Made by a program: the position numbers and the translations under genes
Assembly (NCBI GenBank): GCA_002269645.1
Contig: NIVC01001174.1
Span: 75,087-139,086, forward strand
Direction of reading: 5' to 3'
Length of the DNA: 64,000 nt
Origin: Macrostomum lignano
Taxonomy: Eukaryota
Part shown: positions 23,077-34,612 of the stretch, in pieces
Layout of the letters: every line of letters begins with the position of its first letter
How positions within the stretch are numbered: the first letter of the stretch is position 1
The notes under the pieces: model-generated
Seen by the model: the letters and a program-made list of their open reading frames with translations, nothing else
Databases searched by the model: none
What the model was told of the DNA's origin: nothing

Positions 23077-26000
23077 TTAAACTTCGGTAACGACGCACTG
23101 CACAACCGCCTGTGCAGCCTGCACGGCCAGTACCGCCTTCTCCCGATTCGAACTCTCCGACAGATCCAACGCCCGACCGTTGCGCTCGTCCACGAAGGCG
23201 CTCGCCAGCTGTGAGACGTGATCCAACACGGTCTGCGTCAGATCGGTGTCCGAAATGCAGCACAGATGCTGGCTCAGCTGCTGTTGACGATCCACTGCTT
23301 TACCCTGCTTTGTCAGCAACGCCTTCAGCGCCTTCTCCGCTGCCTGCCAGCTGATGAAGCTGGCCCATTCGAACTCGCCCGCTTCGATCCATCGCTCTGC
23401 TGAGCGCAGTTTTGTCTCTGCAGTTTCCAGGCACTTTTCTGCACTGTCGGCAGAAGCTCGGCCAGCACTGGAGCCTTCGGAGAAGTGCAGCCCGCCGCCT
23501 GCGACGCCTCCGCCGTGGCGTCTCAACCAACTGATGACGACCTCTTCAGCAGTGAATATGAGGCGACACCTGGCTACTCGCTCAGCCTGCTTCTGCCAAT
23601 CGTTAATGAACTCATGGAATTGGTGAGTCCAGTTGTGCTCAGCAGCGAATGATTTTATCTGTTCAAATGAATTAGCAGTACTTGAGTAGTGAGTCAGAGT
23701 CCGTTGCAGTACTTGACGCTGCTTGTCGGTCGGCAGCGAAGCTGCACTGCTCAACAGATGGTCAATGGACGCTCTGACATCAGTGTTTCCATGTGGAACC
23801 GATGAATAAACTGAAGCTGGTTGGTTCTCGAGTAAGAACAGCTCAGCTGTCGTGGCTTTGACGTGAGCACTTTCGCCAGCGTCAATGATGTACTCACTGG
23901 TCCATGGATTCTCGACTTCAACAGGGAGCTTCTCTAGCACTTTGGCGTACACAAAGCATCCGTACTTATCCTTGTAAGCCACAGTTTTGCTCACTAGGTC
24001 TATCGGCTTTGCTGGCAGATGCCTGAGCAGGCAGTTTTTAAGCTGTGGCAAAGCCTGGCCAATCAAGGAAGCGCCCATGGTACTTAGCTCCATGCTCTTC
24101 TGACTCTTCACTTTGTGCAGAGAAACTTTACGCTTTTCCAAAACTTTCAGCATACCTTCGGGACTGTCCATCAGAAGCACAATTGTCAAATGATTTCCAT
24201 GCTCCGGTGATATTTTGAAGCCATTCTGTAAAACTTTCTGAACGATATCCACAAAGTCCATCTGCCAAAGCATTCCCTTACTACCGCTGAGGTGTTCAGG
24301 GATGGCTGCATGGCTCATAAGAATCTTCCGTCCTTGCAGCAGAAAGTTCTTGTCTTCAGCTGAGTCGCGTTGCTCGACACCGTCAAACTGCAGGCAGGTC
24401 CGCAGCTCCGACAGGCAGACAACCGAAAATCGGGACAGAAGAGAAGAGAGAGAAGCAAAAACTTCATCACCTTTGACGGATAAGTCTTTCGAATTGTGCA
24501 AAATGATGCTAGTGATGCACTGGAGCAGCACTGGGTGCCTCAGCTTAGCTTGAAGATTGCATCGGGCTGCACAGTTTTCCCCAGCGCTGCACCGATCGCT
24601 GACCTCCGTCAGCAGCTTCTCGCTCACATTCTCGCTCAGTCCTTTGAGCCCCAAGTCGGCTGCGAGGCTGAAGTACAGCCTGCGCAAACTGTCACTACCC
24701 AGCTCGCAGAAGCTGAGATCGAGAAATTTGACACACTTAGATTCCGCTAGCCTCTTCTGGTAGCCGTCCGAGTCGTTGATTGTGAGCTTCTGGCAGTCCA
24801 CCAGCTCGAACTCGGTATCTATTGCGTCCTGGAAGTCGTCAGGTAGCACCAGTTTAGTAGGTAGGAATAGCCTTTTTGTGGACTCAAATTTCAGCTTTCC
24901 GCCTTGTTCTAATAAACCGATCATTGTGGTCAGGCATCGGTGCACGGAAGTAAGCTGATTTTCAGTTAGATAATATTGCTGATGCTGTTCGTCGTGAATG
25001 AGCTCCAGGACCAGCCTCAGTTGCTCCAATGTTGCTGATTTGGTGGCGCCCAACTTAGTAAACAGATTTAAATGACATCTGAAATCACCTGGACAGACCT
25101 GGATGTACGGTGGCACCGAGGTTTTTTCTTCGAATGTGATTCTGTTTGGGGTGACGAAGCACGGGTCCCATCTAGGGCCTGTGAAAATGCAAGGAATTTT
25201 TCTCAAACGTGCAATCACATTTCCCATTTTGGCACTGTTCATCCTCGTCAGATGTTCATAAATAGAGCTCATGGTCTTGAGCCTTAAACTCGCAGCAGTG
25301 TCGTGCATTCTAGATGAAGTGAATGCTTCGTTGGACAAAATGTTCTGCAAATGACGCTCAAAAGCCTCATCGGAAACAGTCTTCATGGACTTATTCAAGC
25401 AAGGTCCGCAGTCAAGACAAGCGTACGACTCAACAGTCCAACAAAGGTAACGTGAGCTAAATTTTACGCACTGGGAGGGACTTTTCATGCAAACAGCATC
25501 GCCTGGACAAAGACTGTGTAGGTCCTTGTCGTCATTCGCTACTAAAAATGGAATCTGAGATAGTTTCTGGACAAATTTATCTGTTAGATGCGTCCGAAAG
25601 CCCACACTGTCGATAAATTTCAGCAGCATTTTCGATCTGTTTTTAAGATCATCAGAAATGCCAACAGTCCCTTCCGTGCTGATGTCATTGGCAAACTTAA
25701 TAACAGTATCAGCTGAGCACTCAGTAATTAAGCCAGCATGGAGCATCAGCTGTCTCCAACGGCCACACTGGAACCGCTCTGGAAGAAAGTTTTCTGAATC
25801 CAAAGTTTTTTCGAATATAAATACCGTGTGATCATAAAACGCATTAACCCTCTTCCAGCCGCATTGTGTCGGAATGATACTTGCTTCCTGTAGAGAGCTT
25901 TCGAGTTTCCTTAAGTTTTGAGATTCATCTGATTTCATAAACGGAATTCGATCAAAGTTTCTGCTCATTTCGCAGAGTTTCTCTAAATGCTTCTCTCGAG

Positions 26001-29000
26001 TTGGGTCGGACAATTTAGAGAAGGCAGGAAGGATGAAGTTTGCGTAGACTTCAGGTTCCGATATTTCATCGCATTTTAGTTTACTGTACAGTGATCTGAG
26101 TGCGGTGTTGTCCTTCAGGAAGATGGCCTGGCTGGAGCTCTTCCACTCGTCCATCTCGTCGGCAACGAGCGTCGCCGGCAAGATGCAGGCCTGCTCACAG
26201 TTGAGCGCTCGGCAGTGACCGTCAGAAGTGACGAACACGGGCCACTTTCGCAACCGTTCCAGAATGTTTTTCTCGCCTTGATTTTCACTTAGCTGCCGCC
26301 AATGATTTTGAATGTACTGGAGAAAGATCACAGCTTCCTCTTCCGTAGCTGAAGTTCTTTCGGGATTTTCAGTCAGAGCGAATTCAATCACTCGAAGCAT
26401 TGACTCGTGCCTCTGGAAGTTGCCGCATAGTTTTTCAACAAGCTTTAGGCTGGACATACTAAGCATTGGAGCATTCAGCTTCCGAAGAGACTTCTCGACG
26501 GCTAAGCTGTAGTCATCGAGACCATCAACTTGGACGACAGGCGCGTAAACACACGAGGCCCGTGATATGCTAACTAGACGATGCTCATTGACAGGAACCA
26601 GATGAGCATTTTTGAGCCCGGCAGACACTAGAGAATGCAGCGGATCTTTTTGATTCGGGCAGCTGAGATTGAAAAAGTCCCACGCTCGAATGAGCCAATT
26701 TTCCAGAGCCTCTGTGTCCATGCCAACCTGGTGCATGGGCGCGTAAATGCTTTCTGCACTGAAGATTTCACTGTTTTCTTTTCGCAATATGTTGCAGAAG
26801 TCCGTCACTTGAAAGTCTCTCACAATATTAAACGTTTTTAGTTTGTCAATCTCAGCTTTGGAAAGACAAGAAATGAATGTTTTGTGCACAAACTCTTGCC
26901 TAGCTTCTGTGTGCATAAACAAGTCGAAATATTCCGTAAAGAAGAGTCCTTTGTCTCCGGATTAAAAAAATGACAGCTGTCCTCCAGAACTTAAATTTAG
27001 AGGCGCTCCATTCAAATTAGTCGACTTTGTTTCCAACAAATACTTGATAAACTTCAAGACGGTTTCAGGACGCTCGAAAGGAGTCTGCTCTACATCTACA
27101 GGTACAGAGGCTCGCAATGCTGCACAGACTGGGCCGTTGAGAAACGCAATGATTGATGAAGCATCCGCGAGCAGGAAGGAATCCAGTTTGCTGGACCTCA
27201 GCGATTCTACCAGTTGCCGTTTTTCGGACAAAACGAGCGGGAACTTCAATTTGTAAAGAATCTGCTTTATTGGATCTTTTAGATCGCCTGCAGCGAGAAA
27301 TACAGCAGTCCCATCGACTTCGCTCAAGCGCTGTGCAAGTGGAAGCCACTTCAAAGTCTGCGGCTGCTCACTTGTAGCTGGAAATATTTTCAGTCGGTTT
27401 CTAAACGCATTCTGGAAAAAGGCCTTTGCAAGCTCGTCAAAGAATGCCATGTCTTTTTCATGACAATCTGGGAGAAGCTTAAAATACTCAGGCACACTGG
27501 ATTCAGTTAATACAAAGGTCCTTGCTGTTTCTAGAATACTTCCATAGCATTCAGGTAGCAGCTGCGTTGCCAACATGCGGTTCCATTGTTCCTTATAGTC
27601 AGAATTTCCGCTCGCTTTCCAAAGAGATCTTCGCGACGGGTCCAGAATGAAGTGACCGTTTACGTGAACAGGCAGCCCAGTGGTCACTGGCAGTGGAAGC
27701 AGGCAGTAGGCACGGCCCTTCACTGCCGATGTTGCTGCTGATCCAGGCAAAAGAGCGGCTACTCCGGTCTTTGGAAGAAGACCCCACTTTCCTGTAAATA
27801 CTTCCTGTTGCACTTTTTCTGTGACAGTGATGTTTCTACTGCTCAACTTTTGACAAACAAGCCACCTTGCTTTTGAGTCCACAGATTTCCCCGTACAAGT
27901 TGTGGTGAGCTCATAAGTTACTGAGCTGATTGGAAGAGCATCAAGCCTGATTCCTTTAGTCATTAAACTTTGACTGGCCACTTCGCATTTATTCTTGAAA
28001 TCGTCCAAGCCTTCTTTAGAATCTGGCAGCCTGTCTGCTTGGACTCTTACGGTGTAGAGCGTATTGAGAACGCCGTCCTGCGATACTTCACCAAGCTTTA
28101 CCTCCTTGACATTAACCAGAAACAAAACTGCTTGTTCCAGTTCTTCTTTTGCCAACTGCTCATCAAATAGCGTCTTGATTTCGTTTGCATCCACAACCTT
28201 TTGGCAAATCTTTGATTGATTTGAAAACCTCAGTGGTAGACGGAAAACAGTACCTCCTTTCTGCTGCAAATGTTCTGGAAGGTATCCAGCAAATACATCC
28301 GTAAATGTATCTTTCAGATTCTCCAACTCCTTGAACATTCCTCCAGGAGTAGCGGCCGTCGCACCAGGCATGTATTTGCAGTGCGGATCCATCACACACA
28401 GTACTTTGCCGTCAGAAAGAAATGACGGCGCGTCAGTAATATTGTACACACAGTTGAACCCAATTCCGTAATTCCCTGCTTTCCACAACTCGTCACGCTT
28501 GGATCCAACGCCGAGATCCTGGATGCCTTCAATGTCAGCATCGGAGAATGTCGAGTCGTTATAGACGAGTAGCGCAGGTCCCTGTAGCTCCTTCCAGTTG
28601 TCGCTCAAAACTCGTTCGGTTCCGTGATGCCGATGATCGATGATGAAGCTGATCGTCGATGCTCCCGCGTCATCAGCATTCTGGATGAGTTCTTTGAAGA
28701 GTTCGCTGCCGAATGGATAGCCAGCCAGAATGCTCTTCAGTCTAGTTGTGAGATCCTCATGCTGACCAAATGGCAGCGGCCTCATCGCCTGCGATATCAT
28801 GCTCTCGCGCTGGCTCCGGATGCCAAGCTTTTCGCACAGATCGAATGACAAAGTTTGGTGACAGAAGTAAGTGCCATCTGCTAGCTGGACAATGTCCATC
28901 CATGGAATATTATTGAAGCATAGCTGGCTACATGGCCTCAAGACGCCAGTCTTATCTGGGGCGAGAAGTTCGTTCTTATGTTGGAATTTCTCTGTAGAGT

Positions 29001-31956
29001 TCACAATTTTATAAAGTAGACCCAAGCTTAGTTCTAAATCATCATCTGACAGACGTGTTGATGCGCGTTGCTGTGCCAAATTTCCGAGAGCCCACACAAA
29101 ATGCTTGGTTTTAAATTTGGTTAGAACTCCTGCTGCCTTGAAGAAGAGCATGAATGCTTCGTCGATCAACTCTGGTGAGAGCTTAAACAAGAACGGCGGA
29201 AAATCAGTGTCTAATTTCCACATTGATACCTGAGTCGGCCTTCGGAATCCATGAGGTGACCAGATTACGTTGGGTACCTGCTTTATCAGGTTAGTCACAT
29301 CTGGTTGGGTAATGCCCTTTTCAGAAAGCTTTCGACTAAAATATCTGTAGACGCACTGACTGACTCTGAGTGTTTCTTCATTGGTCTGTCTCGTATTAAT
29401 TACTGTGACTAATTGCTGCCACGTAACTAGACGCGTGACATTATTCAAGACACCTATCGACTTCATTAGCTCTATTCTTACGCTTTTTTCAACTTCGCTG
29501 AAAAGGGATTCATCTATAACCAACTGTGACGCTGACACCAAATCTTTGCAATTTGGAGTGTACAGCTTGTCTGGCTGGAACAGTGCACCTGGTAGATATT
29601 TATCGGACTGCCAATTAAAGCAGCAGTCTTGTGGTTTCCGCATAGCAGGTAGAAACTCAACACTTTTAAGTTGCTCGAACGGATGCCGAAATTTCCTATT
29701 AAGAAGCGACCCTAAGTAAGACAGCAATACCTTTGTTCGCTCCTCTCTGTGTGGCTCAGCCAGGACAGTAAGCGACGCTGCTCGACGCATCACTTCCGCC
29801 CACAGTAAGTCATTGCGCATGCCGATCAGCCGTAGAGCCTTCAGCCGGTCCTCTGTCCTGAGGTCGCTGTGCGGAAATATCGGATCTTCAGAATCAAAAA
29901 GACGCGCGGCGAGACACTTTTGATCCAGAATTTCGGACGGCTTACACAATGCATTATTGGCATTCGGAATGCAGCAGTACTTTTTTAGAGCATTATTAAC
30001 CATTTCTGTCACAGTCTTTGACGCTGACTTCAACTCTCTGCGCTCATCTTGGCAGATTTCATCCAGAATGAACTTTAGTGCTCCGAAGCAGTCCTCAGAG
30101 TAGCCCGACTTCCACAAACGAGACATGTTCGTCACCAAAATAACAAGCAAAGTTTCGGCCGACCACTGATGCTGCAGAATCTTGTTCGTCAGTCCCAGCT
30201 GCTCCACAGTTCGTCGAACTCCATCGGTCAACGATGCTACACCTTCGTGCTGACCCACGAGTCTTGTGGCGAGTCGACTCAAACAATCTGAAATCCCACC
30301 CAGTGACAGGATGCTGGGATCCAGAAACACTGTGTGTCCGAAACTCTTCCAGCTGGCTGATGTGTGAAAGATTGGTGCCTGGCCGTCAAGCAGGGAAGCG
30401 TAGAACTTCTCAATGAGAGGCCTCCACACAGAATGAGTAGCTCTGTCGAATCGAGGCCACAGCTCTTGCGAAATCTCTGCATTCACCAAAGACATTCCGC
30501 TTAGAATCTTCAGAGCGTCGATGTAGGCAGGACAAATGACGTCAGTGAGCAGCACTCGGTTCCACTCGCCGAGACTCCACACGCCCTGCTTCTCGTCGAC
30601 CGTGACCTCGTTGAGGTGTCGTCGGCTCGAGGTGACGGAGAAGCTCGCGTTCAGCATCACTGGAAATGGATTTTCTACAGGCAGCGGTAGGAAGCAGAAC
30701 AGCAGCGAGGCCGGCTGTGTGTCACGTGACAGCGGCACAATCCTGTGAGACTGCTCGATGGGCAGCGCCACGGCTCCCACAGGCGCCAGTCCGAGACGAC
30801 GCTGCTCCAACGCGACAGCGAGCGACTGCCCAGTGGCGACAGCAGCGCACACGAGCCACACTCTGGTGGAGGCGACTGTGCTGATCTGGAACTGGTCATG
30901 AGCTGAGTCTCCAAGCTGAACCTCTACCTCGACAGTCGCTTGACAGCGATGTGCTTGATTTCGTCCAGACCCTCCTTGAGTAGCAGATTCGATCAGAGCT
31001 TCGGCTACCTTGAGAATGGAGCTCTGAGCAGCGAACTCTTGATCCGCTTGTGACATTCCTGATATTGGTAGCGGTGGCAGTGCAATGGCATGTCGCTGGA
31101 AATATTTGAGAGGGCTCTTGTGAACGCAGAACACGAGTTGAGTTTGATTTGAAGGATCGGTCGCATTGGACGGCAGGAACAGACACCGGAATGTTCGCAC
31201 TGTCTGGGTGAACAGAAGCATAGTGTCGGCTTGCTCTGCAGCCAGTCTTAGTAACCCGCCAATCTCCGAGTCAGAGTACACGCGATCGCAGATCTTCGAC
31301 TTCGCTGCCTGAGCCTCAGTGCGCAGCGGAAGACGCAGCAGCGTGCCGGCGAAGTTTCCTTCATCTGCTTGCAGATTGCAGCCTGAGACTCCAGCGAACG
31401 GTGCAAACTGGTTGGCGTACCGATCCAGCAGACTCGGCTGTGCTTGAAAGTCGAGCTCAACTCCAGTGTCCCTGTCCCCATGACTCGCGTACACCGCCTC
31501 CAAGTAGCCCTCGCCCCTGCGCTCACCGTGCGGGTCGAGAATCAGCATGCGGTGCCGACTGAGGATCTGCGGCACGTCAGTCAGGTTGTACACCGAGTTG
31601 AAGCCCAGACCGAAGCGACCGACCTTGGCCGTCTTCTCCAGTTTGGTGGCTCCGCTCAGCTGCAGGATGTTGTCGAAGTCCTCGTCGCTGAAGGTGGCGT
31701 TGTTGAAGGCCCACAGCGCCCGTCCCTGACAGTCGGCCATCGCCGGATCGAGCAGCGACTCGGAGCCGCGCCAGTCGGAGTTCTCGCGACAGTCGTAGAG
31801 CAGCGTGACCTCGGTGGCACCCGCGTCGTCAGCGTTCTGCAGCAGCTCCTTGGGCACCGCCAGACCGTCAGAGTACTCGTCGAGCAGTCGCTTGAGTCGT
31901 CGGGTAAGCAGCTCAGACTGGCCGCGCAGACGTAGGCCGTCGGAGGCCTGGGCCAT
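23077..31956 (-). CDS. SACS: Sacsin-like protein copy A (2 GHKL/Hsp90-like repeats + degenerate J segment + HEPN), intronless, about 2960 codons, interrupted by one in-frame TAA at 26964-26962
   Basis: ORFs 26962-32037 and 23077-26922 are in the same frame. Sacsin-repeat motifs occur twice (GQxExLTxRLK..KELLQNADDAGA..GRFGLGFNSVY; FGQHEDLTTRLK..KELIQNADDAGA..GNYGIGFNCVY). C-terminal HEPN (WASFISWQAAEKALKALL). ATG at 31956 follows a splice acceptor at 31994. Confidence 0.9.
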
Positions 31957-32036
31957 TTTGGAGGCCTGTGTGTAGGGTTTTGAGAGGCTTGAACTGTGAT
32001 TGAAGTACATGAGAATGCGTGACTTGCACGCATGCA

Positions 32037-32083
32037 TGACTGACTGACTGACTGACTGACTGACTGACTGACTGACTGACTGA
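32037..32083. repeat. (GACT)n microsatellite in the 5' intron of sacsin copy A
   Basis: Seen directly; same position as the 1.1-kb array in copy B. Confidence 0.95.
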
Positions 32084-34423
32084 TAGAAAAAAATATGTTA
32101 AAAACAGCGGATAACTTAGATCTTAAGTGGCATTTTTTAACTTTGATTTAAGCTTTGGACTACATGTTTAAGGCGCAAGGGTAAAAACTTTAAACAATGT
32201 TTATTTAGAACTGTATTTGACAACGTGGCATCATCAAATCAAATCGTGCGCGCACCTTTGTCAGAGTCCTGAGACTCTGGAATCGAAAAATGCATGCTCA
32301 GCTGCTACGCTCGTGGGAAGAACCGATTGTAGGGCGGCTAGGGCCTAGGGCACTACTGATGTCTGTTGCTATCTGCTGCTGGGTATTGTTACTGTATCTG
32401 CTACACAAGCTCCTAGCTCGTACGCCACTACTGCTGATTCTGCCGATTCTTGAAAAAATGTCGCAGCATTGCTAGCTTAGACAACGTGGCATCACCTGAT
32501 TGTGCGCGCACCTTTGTGGGAAAGAGTCCAAAGGCGGAAAATGCGCGCTCAGCAGCTACATGTACGCTCGTGGGAGGAACTGAGAGTAGGGCATTTGTAG
32601 TGATCCGCTAGTTTGGTGTTAAGCGTCACACTATTGTCAGCAGCTTCCTTCGCCCTCGCCCTCGCCCTGGGTTGCTGTCTTCCGCTGGGCAGCCTCCCTC
32701 CCCTTCTGCTTGTTCTCGGTCGCCCCTCCTTTTCTCTACGCTCTTGCTTGCAGCCACGAGCTACTCTGCTGTGGCCTGCTCTGTGTTTCGTTCCTGTCCT
32801 GAGGACACGCTGGCGGCCTGTTTCCCTTGTCATGTGAGCAAGTCACCTGACAAGTCTTGTTTTCTCGAAGTCCCAAAGTGCAGTAAACATTTTTACTGCA
32901 CTCGTTGGCCCGTGTTTACGGGAGGAATCACATGCTTCGGGGCCCTTGCCTTCTCTAAGGTAATAGGTGACTCATGTTTCTAAAAATAGATACTGAGTCA
33001 TGCGGCCCTGTGCACTTTACCCGCAGACCCCGCCTTCCCTAAGGCGGAGGGTGACGTCAGTTTTAAAAATAGAACAGAGTCACGAGGTCTGGCGCACACT
33101 GGCGCAGCGGGGATTTCCTGGCTATAAATACGTGCCCCTCACCCTTGGTTCAGTCAAGGAGTTGTCGTCTTATTACGAGCGATCCTTCCTCCGAGCGTTC
33201 CTCCTATGGTTCTTCTTATTGTTCTTCTAGTTTTCCAGAATTAATTCAGTTGCCAATTTAAGCTACGAGTATCTGTAATTGGCCTGACGAAACTTATACG
33301 CCCAAGCCTAAAGGAGGCTAGCGCTGCCTTCCCAGCCACCCCCTGAGCCCGGCGGGATCTGCTGACCAGGACGCCTTGTTCATTAATCTGCAAATCTGCA
33401 CGCTGTGCTGAGTTCGTCGACTTGTTTATTTCGTTCCAACGGGAAGCTCACCTCACCGAAGGCCGAGACCTGAAGGAACTGGTGGCAGGACTACCTATGC
33501 TACTAAGAGCTAGTAGAAGGCTTCCGAGTGAGAAAACGGAGAGCCCAAATCACTGTGCTAGACAGCAGGAGAAGCACAGGTACAACACATTGCATTGTAT
33601 AGCAACTGGATAGCAGCAGTTATGCGGTAATAGAGCGCAGACAGTGTTTCAATCAGCTTTCTGTGTCAAATCATTTTCTTATTTAAACGGCAGAAATTAA
33701 GTTGCAAATTTATTTTTTAATACTTTTTTCTCCTTGGGGTCCCCGGTCCAATTCCCCGGGGAGTATTCTTTGACAAGAATGAGTCAAACTCAGAACGTTA
33801 CGTAAGTTAAGAGTGCTTTACCGTTAGTGTCGGTGAGTGAGGGAGATGATTTGCAACTACTGGTATTTATTACTCGTAGTAGAATATGGAGCGTGGGAAG
33901 AAAGGTAAAAGAAGACCTAAATCACTCAAATACAGACCCAAGTCCCTGACGTAGCACTTAGACCAACGTGACCATAAACAGGCACACAGACTCGCAGATA
34001 TGGCCAAAAAGTTCACAGCATGTCATCATCAATTAATTCGCAGGTAATCCCAACGAAAAATGTAGATGAATAAAAGTTCTTACCGTTTTATTAAAAGAGC
34101 TGCGGAAAAACAATAGTTGAAATTATTTTCTTTATTTGGAGAGGTTTCACGTCGAGAATTGATTGCGAGCTGTTAACGGCTTCCGTGCACTGTGTATAGC
34201 ATTATATAGTTTCTGAGATGCTATTTCCAGGAAATTCACTGTACATAAACATTTTTCAATGTACTCAAATTGTACTCAAAGACGTGAAGACTTTTTTCTA
34301 TTAATAACAACTCTGTACAAGTCCCAGACTCCCAGCCCCTGCCAAGAGTTTGAAGAGATCACAAAATACTCTGGAAAATGGGGCTACGGGCAGTGTAGTG
34401 GTGGCCTATCTATCTCTACATAT

Positions 34424-34612
34424 CAGGGGCGTAGCCAAGGGGGGGTCATGGGGGTCATGACCCCCCCCCAGCCGGCTAATCCAGGCCAAACTTTCAGGTC
34501 CCCTCCCCCGTCACAGAGGCCCAGCACCCCCTGCCCCCCCCCCCCCCCAGTTGCTGCTGTGAGCCTATGACTGACTGTGACCCCCCAGAAAGAAATCCTG
34601 GCTACGCCACTG
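34424..34612. mobile_element. hAT-type MITE, 189 bp
   Basis: TIRs CAGGGGCGTAGCCA / TGGCTACGCCACTG; perfect 8-bp TSD CTACATAT (34416-34423, 34613-34620). Confidence 0.88.

Noticed and set aside
26962-26964. Stop-codon reassignment as the explanation for the in-frame TAA
   Set aside because: TAA terminates copy A itself at 23077-23079 and no other gene in the window has in-frame TAA codons.
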